This document shows positions 10,207 to 21,070 of a stretch of 64,000 bases of DNA, one piece after another. The notes beneath the pieces are model-generated. The model made no database searches, was not told where the DNA came from, and saw only the letters and a program-made list of their open reading frames with translations. The stretch is from the IMG/VR virus record IMGVR_UViG_3300005512_000006, positions 1-64,000 of that record; one strand, 5' to 3'. Numbering within the stretch: the stretch's first letter is position 1; each line of letters opens with the position of its first letter. This stretch comes from a virus (lineage: Duplodnaviria > Caudoviricetes). The translations under genes and the position numbers were made by a program.

Positions 10207-11122
10207 TAAAAACTCCAACAACGTCTTTCACAGTGGTTTCGGGAAGTTCAAGAATATAGAGCAAGTACTCTGAAAGCTCTTCTTGAATTGTCATTCCTTT
10301 ATCGAGAAGTAACGTAGCTTCAGAACTACGTTTTACCACTTTCTTATCGAGAAGCTCTGACGACTTCACATTTGCGAGTTCTGCCAGATCGCCTTCGATT
10401 TCGTAAATGGTGTGATGGTAATCTGTAGGTACCATTTCATTGGTGGAAGTTACCGTCTTTCTTAGAAGCTGAGGAAGTTTAAACTCTTTCCACTCCCACT
10501 CCGTGCCGTCTATGATTAGATACCCCGTCGAGACTTCAGAGCGATGAAAGCTCGTGGTCATCGGAGACCCCGGATAGACTATGTTTCTTTGTGTATTAGA
10601 GTGAGAATGCAAATCTCCAGCGTAAACAATCGGAAAATCACTAAGACGATCTAAGTCAACCTCTGGCTTCACATGAGGAGGAATTTCTCCCCGTACATGA
10701 GTATAAAGAGGCTTAGACTTATTGAGACTTTCTATCTGACCTTTCTTATGTAGATCACAATAGGGAAGAATACTAAAGTCGTCATACTCCCGAGTTTCAG
10801 CAATTACATCTACTCGAGGATTGATTGCTTTTGTTACTGCTGCAAGATTTGTGAAAAAAGTTTGATTCTTTTTCGTGGCTTCATGATTGCCTGGATATAT
10901 AAGGGTTGGAACTCTTACTTCCCGAATAAACGAGAAGTAGAGTTCCAATTCTTCAAGGGTTGGCATACGGTCAAACAAGTCTCCACCGATGATGTGCATA
11001 TCTACTGATTCGCTAGCTTCATGTACTTGTTCAAAGAACATACTATAGCGATTCTTGGCCCAGGCTACTGGAACATTCTTTTGCCCTAGCTTAATATGCC
11101 AATCTGCGGTGAATAGAATCAT
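10175..11122 (-). CDS. SbcD/Mre11-like nuclease, T5 D12-like
   Basis: ADWH, GGDLFD, GNHE, GDLH, YPGS. Confidence 0.92.
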   Translation of the reverse strand: MILFTADWHIKLGQKNVPVAWAKNRYSMFFEQVHEASESVDMHIIGGDLFDRMPTLEELELYFSFIREVRVPTLIYPGNHEATKKNQTFFTNLAAVTKAINPRVDVIAETREYDDFSILPYCDLHKKGQIESLNKSKPLYTHVRGEIPPHVKPEVDLDRLSDFPIVYAGDLHSHSNTQRNIVYPGSPMTTSFHRSEVSTGYLIIDGTEWEWKEFKLPQLLRKTVTSTNEMVPTDYHHTIYEIEGDLAELANVKSSELLDKKVVKRSSEATLLLDKGMTIQEELSEYLLYILELPETTVKDVVGVFSDYAKQVNVE

Positions 11123-11751
11123 TCAATATCAAACTCTTCTTCGATGGACTCGTCAACTTCGTCTCCTGCTTGATTCATTACACGATCAAGCAGTTCTTTT
11201 TGGGCGTCTGCCGTGGGCCGAGGAAGAAGCTCATCGATTGATTTTGCATCTGCTACGGCTTGGCGCTCTTCGTCGGTAAGAGGGCGGGGCTTGCACTTCA
11301 GCGGTTGAAATTGATATTCAACATTGTAAGGAAGCGGCCCCGTCTTGACACGCTTGAAATGTACGTCCCAGCCAGTCTCAGGATCGGTAGGGTCGCCCAG
11401 ATCTTCTGCGGCAAGCATAATTTGCTCAAGCAACTTCTTCTTGAGGTTTAGAACTTTGACTTCGCCGTCGTTCGGATCAATGCACTGAATTGCATAACTC
11501 CAGCCACACTTTAGATCGGGGAAGTACTCACGAACCCAGTCTTTTTCTTTATTTGTAAAGGCCTCGGATTCACGATCAAAAGACAGACATTCCATCGGAA
11601 TATTCTTGTCATTGTCGCCTTTAATCCAGTACACGTAGCGAGGAAGAATTCCACCCACAAGACGAATCTTGTTATCTCCATTCTTGTACTCATACTGCTT
11701 TACGTTAGACTTCTGAGCAGAACCTTTTGCTTTACCAAATGCTAGTGCCAT
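11119..11751 (-). CDS. Putative ssDNA-binding protein, T5 D11-like
   Basis: Acidic C-tail, GDPTDPETGWD; T5 synteny. Confidence 0.8.
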   Translation of the reverse strand: MALAFGKAKGSAQKSNVKQYEYKNGDNKIRLVGGILPRYVYWIKGDNDKNIPMECLSFDRESEAFTNKEKDWVREYFPDLKCGWSYAIQCIDPNDGEVKVLNLKKKLLEQIMLAAEDLGDPTDPETGWDVHFKRVKTGPLPYNVEYQFQPLKCKPRPLTDEERQAVADAKSIDELLPRPTADAQKELLDRVMNQAGDEVDESIEEEFDIE

Positions 11752-11762
11752 GTTATTTTCTC

Positions 11763-12149
11763 CTAAGTGACTTCTTCGTATTTAAAGTGAACTTTACCGT
11801 TCTCTAGCCAAAGAAGCCTATTTTTGTCAATGATGTCTTTCTTCCCTTTGCAGGCGAGAAAGTCTAGTGTTGTGGTTTTGAAGGCTTTGTATTCACCGTA
11901 GCTTCTCAAACTTGCTAACCCAATGTATTGAGCTAACTCCTTATCTTCGTACTGCCTTCTAGTACGAAAAAGCATTTCTGGATTTACCACAAAGCTGTCT
12001 CCAGCAAAGTTAATACCATAATACTTGTAGCCCGGATCTTGCTTGTTTCTTAGAGGAAGTTTATAAGTCAATAAATGAATTATTGTAAGTATTTCTCGAA
12101 CGGAACCGCCAGAATATTTGTGTATTCTTTTCCAGTTAAAAAGAATCAT
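11763..12149 (-). CDS. Conserved T5-like hypothetical protein (MILFNWKRI...)
   Basis: AQYIGLASLRSY motif; lies between D10 and D11. Confidence 0.65.
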   Translation of the reverse strand: MILFNWKRIHKYSGGSVREILTIIHLLTYKLPLRNKQDPGYKYYGINFAGDSFVVNPEMLFRTRRQYEDKELAQYIGLASLRSYGEYKAFKTTTLDFLACKGKKDIIDKNRLLWLENGKVHFKYEEVT

Positions 12150-12432
12150 CGTACTGGCCGTGGTCCCAGTCGTCTCCACCGTGTAAATCTTGATATTCTT
12201 CATAAGAAGAAGGTTCGTAGGTACTATCTAAGTCCCACGAAGACTGCTCTTCAATTGCGTACTGCGCTCCTTGAATGTAGTCTCGGTCTTCTTCACTGAG
12301 AACTTCCCAGTACAGGGACACGCCCGCGAGCATTTCTTCAACTGCATCTGGCTCTTCGAGGTGCAGGTTTGACTCCATTGCTTCTTGAAGTTTATCCATA
12401 CGTTCCTCAATTTTTTGTCTTAGTCCTACCAT
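12136..12432 (-). CDS. Acidic hypothetical protein
   Basis: Directly after a sigma70 promoter. Confidence 0.65.
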   Translation of the reverse strand: MVGLRQKIEERMDKLQEAMESNLHLEEPDAVEEMLAGVSLYWEVLSEEDRDYIQGAQYAIEEQSSWDLDSTYEPSSYEEYQDLHGGDDWDHGQYDDSF

Positions 12433-12442
12433 GGGAACCTCA

Positions 12443-12484
12443 TATTATATCAAAGAAGACCAAACTTGTCAAGAATTATTTTTT
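12443..12484 (-). promoter_or_regulatory. T5-type sigma70 early promoter
   Basis: AAAAAATAATTC-TTGACA-N17-TATAAT; similar minus-strand promoters near 19630, 22585, 24030, 25375, 26035, 28295, 31352, 33285, 39978, 45016, 47215, 47895, 48655, 49666, 50374. Confidence 0.85.
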
Positions 12485-12682
12485 AGGAAGCACCCAGTTA
12501 AGGGCTTCAATCTTGTCACTCAACGAAGCAATCTTATCAAGTTCCATCTCAATAGTTGCTACTACATCAGGATGTTCTGCTACACCCACAGAATTACTGA
12601 TTAGATTATTAATGTTTTCTACATGAAGAAGAATCTCAGTTTGATACTTCTCTTTTAGCAAATTTAGAATCCGAAGGTTCAT
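12476..12682 (-). CDS. Small hypothetical protein (GVAEHPD motif)
   Basis: ATGA overlap with the D10 stop. Confidence 0.7.
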   Translation of the reverse strand: MNLRILNLLKEKYQTEILLHVENINNLISNSVGVAEHPDVVATIEMELDKIASLSDKIEALNWVLPKK

Positions 12683-13962
12683 ATTGTTTTAATCTCCCAG
12701 CCCTGCTTCAGATAGAAGCCAAGTCTATTTTTTGCCTGTTTTTGAGCAGTATTTCCCTTTAGTTGAATATCTACTATTACAGGCTGTAGTTTATCTTCTT
12801 GTTTACGAAGAATCCGCCCTACTAGCTGCGTAAGTAGAGGCTCGTTGTTTATTGGAGTACCGAGAATGATACAGCTTAGCTCATTCAAAGAAATACCCTC
12901 CGAAAATATACTTTGAGTCCCGAAAAGAATTCGTTTCTCTCCAGATTTTATACTAGACATGAGTGTTTCTCTTTGCTCATGCGGTATGTCACCCGTAACA
13001 CTTATCGCTTTATCGCCTACGAGTTCGGCGCAGTTTTTCAAGAACCGAACTCGATCTGACACTACTAAAACGCGGTGTCCTTTTGCCGCGTACGCAGCAG
13101 CCATAATTGCCACTGAGTGCTGATATTCTTCATTGAAAGCGAGAGCGTTGATACGAGTTGCCCAAGGTATTCTTGCCCCGTCGGGAAATCGTACTTCGCT
13201 ACGAATTAAATGCACCTGCGGAACCATAAAGTTCTCTGGCGGCGGCTTAAATATCGTAGGGCTAAAATAGTCGCGAAAGACAACGTGTTTTCCATCTTTT
13301 CTTTCAATTGTTCCGGAAAGACCAATCTTGTAGCGTGCATAACTTTTATCAATAATCTTAGAAAAAGTGGGGCTACTTACATGATGCATTTCATCTAGAA
13401 TAATTGTACCAAACAGAGTGGCTGTTTCTGCTACTTTTTTGTAAAGGGATTGGACATTTCCCACAACAATGGGAGTGCTCGTATCAAAATGACCGCTCCC
13501 GATAATACCAGGTCTAAACCCATAGACTTTCTCAATTTCTCGGACCCACTGATTTCTGAGTGCGACCGTATGAGTTACTACGAGGGTCTTTTGTCCTAGC
13601 TTACTTGCAACTGCGAGTGCTGTGAAAGTTTTTCCAAACGACACCCAAGCATTAAGAATACAACTATCCACTAGGTTATCATAAACTTCTTGCTGAGCAG
13701 GTCTTAAAACTCCGCGAAACTCTGGAAAAGAAACCGGCGAGTAGACTCGTTTCTCGACTATTTCATAGTCTTCTGGAATTAAGTCCACTCTGCCGGAGGG
13801 AATCGAAACAAGATTCGGTCGAATAATTCCAACATTTCGCAAAGTTATAGGAGGGTCGTCCTGGCGAGCAGGAGGAATCGTATAACTAAGCTCATCTAAA
13901 AGTTTTTGCTTGTAATCAGGCGTAACTTCAAGATAGATTCTGTTGGAAATTACTGCTTTCAT
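12679..13962 (-). CDS. SF2 helicase, T5 D10/UvsW-like
   Basis: FGKT, DEMHH, LSGT, QLVGRILR. Confidence 0.92.
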   Translation of the reverse strand: MKAVISNRIYLEVTPDYKQKLLDELSYTIPPARQDDPPITLRNVGIIRPNLVSIPSGRVDLIPEDYEIVEKRVYSPVSFPEFRGVLRPAQQEVYDNLVDSCILNAWVSFGKTFTALAVASKLGQKTLVVTHTVALRNQWVREIEKVYGFRPGIIGSGHFDTSTPIVVGNVQSLYKKVAETATLFGTIILDEMHHVSSPTFSKIIDKSYARYKIGLSGTIERKDGKHVVFRDYFSPTIFKPPPENFMVPQVHLIRSEVRFPDGARIPWATRINALAFNEEYQHSVAIMAAAYAAKGHRVLVVSDRVRFLKNCAELVGDKAISVTGDIPHEQRETLMSSIKSGEKRILFGTQSIFSEGISLNELSCIILGTPINNEPLLTQLVGRILRKQEDKLQPVIVDIQLKGNTAQKQAKNRLGFYLKQGWEIKTI

Positions 13963-14621
13963 AGGCCGAGTGAATGTTTCGCAATTAGATATTTTTTAAC
14001 AAAGCTACTACGTACAATGTCAGAAATGCCGAACTCGACAATATCAAACTCAGACATTTCATTCAATACTTGTAGAAACTCTTTCATGCCGTTTTTCGGC
14101 AAATCCGCTTGTGCAAAGTCACCGCAGAAAATAATTCTAGAATTCTCACCTACTCGCGTAATAATGGAATCTAGCTCATGAAATGTCATGTTCTGACATT
14201 CATCTACGATAACTACAGAGTCTCTTACTGTAAGTCCTCGAAGATACGAAGTAGTCATAAAATTGACTACATTGTGCTTCTTCAGAATTTCATAAGCATC
14301 GCCGCGCTGAAAGATTTCATTGGCAATTGCATAGTAAGGCTCTTCGTATACCTTAGCTTTCTCTTTGTCTGTGCCGGGTAGAAAGCCCATGTCCCGTGTA
14401 GGTACTGCACTCCGTACTAGAATAATTTTATCATACTCTTGCTTTGCAATATCATCAAAAGCAAGGTACAGCGAGATAAAAGTTTTACCAGTACCTGCGG
14501 CTCCGCATAGAACCATATGTTTTTGACTTTCAAAAGCCAGTAACTGGTTTCTTGTTAGCGGTTCAATCTCTGGAATTGTAAAGTTTACTGAAGCGAGAGT
14601 TCTAGTTCGCTTTTTCGACAT
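13959..14621 (-). CDS. phoH: PhoH-like ATPase
   Basis: GAAGTGKT, GFLPG, YLRGLT, DECQN, GDFAQADL, DIVRS. Confidence 0.93.
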   Translation of the reverse strand: MSKKRTRTLASVNFTIPEIEPLTRNQLLAFESQKHMVLCGAAGTGKTFISLYLAFDDIAKQEYDKIILVRSAVPTRDMGFLPGTDKEKAKVYEEPYYAIANEIFQRGDAYEILKKHNVVNFMTTSYLRGLTVRDSVVIVDECQNMTFHELDSIITRVGENSRIIFCGDFAQADLPKNGMKEFLQVLNEMSEFDIVEFGISDIVRSSFVKKYLIAKHSLGL

Positions 14622-15113
14622 TCAGATTTTCCTTCGTAAATCAGCAGAGTAGTTTTCTGCATAATCATAGGGTAGCCAAGGATAACCCTTGAAGTATAAC
14701 ATACCAACCCATGTTTTCCCCGGAGGAGGAGGTCGAGAGACAACAAGCGGAGCAACTACTCCTTCTAGCTTGAGGACTGTACCTGCGTCTCTCAACGACC
14801 TGGTTAAAATCTTATGGTAGCGAACTTTTGTATAGAAAGTTTTCTCGTAAGTAAAAAAGTTCCCCTTTGAATCAATAAAATGCCGGTGTCGGGACTGTAG
14901 CATTTCCGATACAAAGCTAAAGCTCTTGCGAAGAGGAAATAGCTTATGCGGGGTTTGCAAGCGTCTTGCGCCTAATGTGACCCCGAGCTGATTTCGGTCA
15001 TCGAGAACTTTATTCTCTAGCCATAAAATTCCGTCTACGCTATGCACCTCGTCTGACTGCACAGCGTAGACGGGAAACTCAACTGATGCCAAGTGTTTGT
15101 AATTTATCACCAT
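14622..15113 (-). CDS. Conserved T5-like hypothetical protein downstream of the polymerase
   Basis: LDDRN...RRLQ, FIDSKG; T5 synteny. Confidence 0.7.
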   Translation of the reverse strand: MVINYKHLASVEFPVYAVQSDEVHSVDGILWLENKVLDDRNQLGVTLGARRLQTPHKLFPLRKSFSFVSEMLQSRHRHFIDSKGNFFTYEKTFYTKVRYHKILTRSLRDAGTVLKLEGVVAPLVVSRPPPPGKTWVGMLYFKGYPWLPYDYAENYSADLRRKI

Positions 15114-15643
15114 ATTGTTTTACAAACTTACCCATCGAATAGTCTTCGCCGACTTCAAAGTCGCACCCTATGGGAGCGCCTTGAATATAAACCCCGCGAT
15201 TCATCTGAATGAAACGCTGAAGATTTTCTCGATACTCAGGAATCTCTTCTTGAGGAACTTCAGCAAGAATCGAGTCGTGTACGAGTGCGAAGATTCGAGA
15301 CTTCATCTTATTTGTTTGAATGTACGAGTGCATATCAATAGCACCCAGCAAGTTAATATCCGATGCCGCAGACTGAACAACGAAGTTCAGCCCCGAACGT
15401 ACTTCGTGCCCACGAACACCCTTATTATCAGACGCAACATTCGGCAGACGCCGCTTACGTCCAAAAGGCGAGTAAATATACCCGCTTTCTTCAATACTAG
15501 CTTTCGTGTTATCTATCCACTCTTTGAGTTTCCAGAAAGCACCAAAATAATCATCAATAACTGCTCGCGCCTCCCCGACGCTCATACTTCCGCCGTCTTT
15601 GGTAACTTGTTCACTGATCTTGTGCGGACCAGCTCCGTACATA
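15079..15643 (-). CDS. polA: DNA polymerase family A, exon 2
   Basis: MYGAG, FGRKRRL, NFVVQSAASD, motif C VHDS. Confidence 0.92.
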
Positions 15644-16729
15644 CACTTACCCACGGCTTTCGCTGTGGTGTGGACTATACCTTCATCTTACGCAGCTTTT
15701 TAACTACTATGTTATAATAAAGAGCATACTTTCTATCTAAATATACAGAACTATCTTGATATAAAAAGTCTAAAAGAACTATCGACTTTTTCGTATTGTA
15801 TTTAATTACGCTGACCTTATCCTTTAGTTGTACTGAGCCTTCTATATCTAGCAAGTCCAGCAGTAGGGCGCTCAACCTTTTTATAAACTCATTGCTTCCT
15901 GTTACTGTAGTATACAGAGTAGCCGTCTTACTAGCTTTATTTGAAAAGGATTCACAAATACAGCCATCGCCATCAAAATAACCTCTTAAAAAATGTCTCA
16001 CTTGGTCTTTTTCTAAAGAAGGCATTTGATATGTTAAAGACTTTCTAGGCGTAATATTAAAATAACTTTTTAAGTCGTCTGTAATTTTTTTATTTTTAAA
16101 ACCGATTTCGCTTCTATAGTATTTATCTATGTTAGAGCTGATGGCATGTTCGGATCCTACAAAATTTTTAAACTTTTCTAGATGTCCTGTGTCATCATAA
16201 TGCAAACATATTTTAAGCGTTTCTGTTTCTTTCGTTATACAGCCATCCGCAGCTATAAAACCTGCCCAGTATAAAGATGCTTCTGTTTTTTCAGAAAAAG
16301 CAGTTGGGTTTAAAATTCGAGGATTAGGTTTGCCCCACCCATTTTTTGCTATCTGCTTCTTTAGCTTCCACTCTGGCATTTGAAACTTTTCTGCGATTTT
16401 TGCTCTTGTCAGTTTTTGCTCTTTTAGTAAAAAGTAGTTTTTTTCTGTTAGCTCCATAAGATGCCCGCCTTTTATACCTTGGATAGTACCATCGCCAAAA
16501 AATTTTTGATGCTGGTATTATAACAGTACTAACATATAAAAGCAAGTACTCTTTTTCCGAGGTATCCCGAACTTCAACTGGTCTAGTTGAATCGTGAGTC
16601 TCTGAACCATTTGAAAGCCTCCCAGCTAACTCTGGCTGCTGATTGCCACCACCATTATGTGCTGAGGTTTCCAGCAATTGAGCGGGTTTATTACTTATAC
16701 ATTACTGTATAAGAGGACTATGTTAGTTA
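15644..16729 (-). mobile_element. Group I intron (IA-type, 1086 nt) in the DNA polymerase gene
   Basis: P1 GGGAU/UA..UAGUCCU with U-G wobble at the splice site; P10 ACAUA:UAUGU; P2 GUAA hairpin; AAUUGCUGGAAA, AAUCAGCAG, UUCAGAGACU, AUAGUCC core; GAAA-capped P9; terminal G; splicing restores TFGIMYG. Confidence 0.93.
15675..16457 (-). CDS. Intron-encoded two-motif LAGLIDADG homing endonuclease
   Basis: WAGFIAADGCI and FLRGYFDGDGCI; AT-rich; own TTGCTT-N17-TATAAT promoter at 16517-16545. Confidence 0.9.
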   Translation of the reverse strand: MELTEKNYFLLKEQKLTRAKIAEKFQMPEWKLKKQIAKNGWGKPNPRILNPTAFSEKTEASLYWAGFIAADGCITKETETLKICLHYDDTGHLEKFKNFVGSEHAISSNIDKYYRSEIGFKNKKITDDLKSYFNITPRKSLTYQMPSLEKDQVRHFLRGYFDGDGCICESFSNKASKTATLYTTVTGSNEFIKRLSALLLDLLDIEGSVQLKDKVSVIKYNTKKSIVLLDFLYQDSSVYLDRKYALYYNIVVKKLRKMKV

Positions 16730-18456
16730 ATCCCAAATGTTACCGCTTTTGCAGCCTGACGCTCTCGAGTGTATTTTTCTGCCACTTGATCAATCTCACA
16801 ATCCAGTCGAAACACTCGGTGAGCGATAGAGGAGTGGAAATTGCCTCCCTGGCGAAAAATATCTTGTAACTCAAGATCGTCTGCTAGAGCTGCTGCAACG
16901 TATACTTCGGCTGTAGTCAAGTCCATTGCGACAATCTGATGACCTTCCTTTGCACGAATACAGCCTTTTACGATGGGGTTATCCCGAGGTAGCTGCTGCA
17001 TATTCAGTTTTCCACTCGAAGAGAGTCGTCCACTCGTGGTGCCGTGCAAGTTAAAGTTTGTTCTAAGTCGATTGTCTCGGTCCAGCTGAGGAATGATTTT
17101 ATCAAGATAAGTATTCTTGATTTTACCATTCTTGCGAACTTCCAGAATATGGGCAGGAACAGGGTGTAGAAGTGCCAGTTGTCCTAGCACCTCTGCATCC
17201 GTAGAATCAGCACCCGTTCCCGTCATCTTTCCAGTCGGCTCGAGGCCGATGTAGTCGAATAGCAACTTTCGTAGCTGAAGGGTGCTATTCGGATTAAAAG
17301 GCTTTCCTTGGTCCTCTTCCAGCTTCGCAATTTCTGTAAAGTCAGAAAGCCCTTTTACTGCCTTGTCAATTTCTGCTTGCATTTCTACTCGACCGAAAGC
17401 AAGTCGCTCGGGATCGAAAGGCACACCATTGTCTTGAATGTCGGTAAGAAACCGACAGCCAGGAATCAGAATAGTGTCATAAACTTTGCTCAACTTGGAG
17501 TTCTTACGAAGAGCCTTGTTGAACTTTTTATAAAGCAAAAATGTTGCAGCAGCGTCAATTGCAGCGTAAGTTTGCATAATCTCAAAAGGAATCATATCCC
17601 AGGTAAAATCGTCTTTGGTAATTCGATTCTTGCGGCGATATTCATCCATCCACTCATACATCGGCTTCTCATAGTCTCCATACTTAGTATAACGCAGAGC
17701 AAGCTGCTTTAGACCATGAGTACCGGGATTTTCATCCAGCATATAGTGCATGAGCATGGTATCTTCAAATCGAGGAAACTCGAAATTGAAGTGGTACTCG
17801 AAGAAAGCTAGGTCAAACTTCGCATTGTGAAATACAACCTGCTTTTTCGTAAAGATACGCTGCATAAGTTCTTCTACTTCTTCGTCAATGACTTCAGTAG
17901 AGACATAAGCACCGTGGTCATCCTCATAAGACATAGAGAAGCCCAGCATGTGCCCGTTACGAGGATATAGCCCCGTCGTTTCTGAGTCTAGTGCAATAAA
18001 GTCCTCGGGAGCATCAAGCGCAGCTTGAAGAAACTTCATAGCAGTCTCTTTGTCCTGAATACCATAAAATTGATCCGTAGAGATTTTATGGACTTGCTTC
18101 GACCCCGTGATGTATCCAATGATATTGTCACGAGATTCTTCCCAAGGCTTTTTTGCCTCGGGCTTGAACTTAATCATTGCAGGATTAATAACAGGCAAAA
18201 ACTTGTCATCAACCACACGACCAGAATACTCAGTAATAGAGCTATTCTTCGTGAAGTGCTTGAGAGTTTCGGAGCCCACAAGAATGACCCACTCAAAGTC
18301 TTCGATATTGATGTCAATGTCAATATCCTTTTTGAAGACTTTTGTTAGGTTCGGGTCAGAGGCCAGGCTAAATTGTTCAAAATCAAAAGAACCTTGAAAT
18401 AGTTTTGCATAATTATTACGACTAGGTTTGGCTTCCACCAGGGCGACCTTAGCCAT
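16730..18456 (-). CDS. polA: DNA polymerase family A, exon 1 (3'-5' exonuclease and polymerase N-part)
   Basis: LDSETTGL, HNAKFD, YAAIDA, TTSGRLSSS, MDLTTAEV, RQAAKAVTFG; spliced product 763 aa. Confidence 0.93.
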
Positions 18457-19288
18457 ATAGTTTCTCCTTGAGTTTTTGCGCTCGAGGCGCCGGTAAGTCT
18501 CCAGGATCACAGTCCCGAAGATTGATATTTTTTACTGAAAGGCCTAGCGTTTCTGCTAGCTCTCTTACACTTTCCGCAGCAGATTGTCCCGCTTCATCGG
18601 GGTCGAAACAAATGTCCAGCCCCGTGACGCCTGCAATCTTTAATAGCTGCAATTTGTCCTTTGTAATCGTATTTGTGCCAAAACTACACAGAACATTGCG
18701 AAAACCATGTTGGTATAGATTCAGCATGTCAAACAAGCCCTCTACCAGCATTACACGACCTTTTTCAGGCTGTAGCTTTCGCATTGGAAAGAGCGGTACT
18801 TTGCTTCCGCTCGGACTCACTTTGTATTTCGGCTTTCCACGATCATAGTCAATTTCTAGCCGTCCTACAAAGCAAGTAATCTTATTCTTAATATCGTAAA
18901 TAGGAAAGACTACTCTCTCCGAAAAGTCCGGTTGCAGCGACCTAAACGCTCGAAACTCTCTCAGAACTTCTGCCGATACACGAAAGTCTTCGTCAACATA
19001 TTGTGCATCATTTGGCATTCTTAGGCCGATACTCTCTGCTCTTACATCTTCAATTTTTCTACGAATCTTTTCTCGAGCACTCTGAACTCTGTCGGGAGTC
19101 TCTCCCATTAAATAAAACAAATTACCTTTGAAGCCGCAAGACATACATTGAAAAATACCCATGACTTGATCGACTCTCATACTTGGGTTGCTGTCGTCAT
19201 GTTCTGGGTTCAAGCATTTAATAAGAAAGTCTTTTCCAGAAACGCGAAAATCAATCTTTTTGCTTACTAGTAAGTCTTCAACATTCAT
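18449..19288 (-). CDS. DNA primase
   Basis: Zinc finger CLNPEH..CMSC; TOPRIM VEGLFD, FDPDEAG. Confidence 0.92.
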   Translation of the reverse strand: MNVEDLLVSKKIDFRVSGKDFLIKCLNPEHDDSNPSMRVDQVMGIFQCMSCGFKGNLFYLMGETPDRVQSAREKIRRKIEDVRAESIGLRMPNDAQYVDEDFRVSAEVLREFRAFRSLQPDFSERVVFPIYDIKNKITCFVGRLEIDYDRGKPKYKVSPSGSKVPLFPMRKLQPEKGRVMLVEGLFDMLNLYQHGFRNVLCSFGTNTITKDKLQLLKIAGVTGLDICFDPDEAGQSAAESVRELAETLGLSVKNINLRDCDPGDLPAPRAQKLKEKLYG

Positions 19289-19602
19289 ACTTTTCTTCCA
19301 AGAAAGCGAGGATCGCTCTCGTCGGTAATATACTGAACTGCACCCTTGTTGTAGGCGGGGGCGAGCCTTGTGCTTTTTGCAAGAATCTGAGCACGAACTT
19401 CGTCGGACTCCAGATGCAAATTATCCATTATAGTATTTCGAGCGCAAACGCCATTGTTTGTTTGTAGACTCGCATACTCGCGTGTGATGCGTGAGTCTCT
19501 CTTTGGGCGATACTCTCGAAAAGGTTTGGTAAACTTTTTTGATACGACTTTCTTTTTGCGACGTCCGCTGTAGGTATGGCTCACAGAAGCGTGTACAAGC
19601 AT
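19285..19602 (-). CDS. Basic hypothetical protein (APAYNKGAVQY motif)
   Basis: Follows a promoter and GGGAG RBS. Confidence 0.7.
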   Translation of the reverse strand: MLVHASVSHTYSGRRKKKVVSKKFTKPFREYRPKRDSRITREYASLQTNNGVCARNTIMDNLHLESDEVRAQILAKSTRLAPAYNKGAVQYITDESDPRFLGRKV

Positions 19603-19661
19603 GATAGTCTCCCACTGAAATCTCCATATATTATACGGGAAAATAGCACCCTTGTCAAGAA

Positions 19662-20990
19662 TTAAATATCATGTACTTCGTCCAGATCCTTCTCTCCTGG
19701 TATAGGGGCGGACTCTGGCCCAATACGAAGACTCTGCCAGTCCACTCTTGAAGTAAAAGAAATTTCGTCATTGTCTCTCATCTTTACGCAGTTGAAGGTA
19801 ATGCACTTATCGTCCTTTGCGTGAGCATCCAAAGAGAAGGCTGCATCCGCAGAGTCAAGAATACCCTTTGCAAAGCGCGCTTCACCAGTAATATCTACCT
19901 GGTACGGCGAGAAAACAGGAATTTCATACTCCTGAGCGAGGGCTTTTAGGGCTTTACTTACCTCAATCTGCTCGGTCCAATCATACTGACCGTTACGAGA
20001 GTTACCTCTCTTTACCTGGTTGATATAGTCTACGATAATTACTGACGGCTCCAGAGCCGCAACTTTCTTGTCTAGCTCTGTACGGATTTTTCCAAGACTC
20101 ATATACGGATCATAGATTACGTCAAGTTGTTTCTTTTCATGTAGATTATGTCTCTTTACGAGGTCTGTGTGAAACTGGTCAAAGCTACGATGCTTTTTAT
20201 ACTGTGCGAATGCTTCCTCTCCGCCGTCAAAACGACCGGCCCACCATTCTGCCACTAGCTCCCACTCACCTACGCTGAGATTGCGCCGACGAAGCGCGCC
20301 CGCGGGCACACCCGTGGCGATTGCACACATTCTCTGTAAAATGGAGCGAGACGGCATCTCGATTGTGAAATAGAGAGAAGACTTATTGTTTTGATAAGCA
20401 TTCACAGCAATATTTGCACAAGTAAGCGATTTGCCAGCCCCGCGCCGACCACCCGCAAGAATATAGTCTTGCGGATGAAACTGAATGAGTGCATCAAATT
20501 CATCATTGAGACCAAGCGAGAACATTCTAGCAAGGTCTTCTTCGTCGTCGAATAGCTCGATGCGCCGCATATCCTGGTCGGGATCTTTTAGCTCTACACG
20601 ATCTTCAACATGAAGAATAATTTGATGAATCTTATCTACATTTTCTTGTGCAGTAGCCATGGTAACAGAAGAGTCTAAATACTCTTCTAGCTGATCCATG
20701 ATTTCCTGCTGAGTGTACTCGTTCTTTAGATATTCTAGTAGTTGCTCATTCTCGACGTCTACATTCTCTGCCGACATAATGGCATAGAACTTCGACAGTA
20801 CACTTTCATTTCTTACAGATAGACGGATATCGTCAAAGTTGGGAAAGTCGCTCTGCGTCTCAATATGCTTTTCTACAAAATTGTAGACAGCATGATACTC
20901 AGCAGGAAGATAGTGCTTGCGAATGCGCGCCCACGTATCAACATCCCGCTCTTCGAGTATCTTCTTGAGAAGAATAGATGCAATATTCAA
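19662..20990 (-). CDS. DnaB-like replicative helicase, T5 D6-like
   Basis: GRRGAGKS, FTIEM, IIVDYINQ, GILDSADA. Confidence 0.92.
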   Translation of the reverse strand: MNIASILLKKILEERDVDTWARIRKHYLPAEYHAVYNFVEKHIETQSDFPNFDDIRLSVRNESVLSKFYAIMSAENVDVENEQLLEYLKNEYTQQEIMDQLEEYLDSSVTMATAQENVDKIHQIILHVEDRVELKDPDQDMRRIELFDDEEDLARMFSLGLNDEFDALIQFHPQDYILAGGRRGAGKSLTCANIAVNAYQNNKSSLYFTIEMPSRSILQRMCAIATGVPAGALRRRNLSVGEWELVAEWWAGRFDGGEEAFAQYKKHRSFDQFHTDLVKRHNLHEKKQLDVIYDPYMSLGKIRTELDKKVAALEPSVIIVDYINQVKRGNSRNGQYDWTEQIEVSKALKALAQEYEIPVFSPYQVDITGEARFAKGILDSADAAFSLDAHAKDDKCITFNCVKMRDNDEISFTSRVDWQSLRIGPESAPIPGEKDLDEVHDI

Positions 20991-21070
20991 ATTCTACTCC
21001 ACCCAACATAAAGAGAGCGAGGCACCTGCTAGGCAACCCCGCTCCCACTTAGAAAAAGCCAGAAACTGGT

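Noticed and set aside
15079-18510. Broken polymerase pseudogene or intein
   Set aside because: In-frame stop plus complete group I intron signals; splicing restores the frame. The 18510 start is an overextension of ATG 18456
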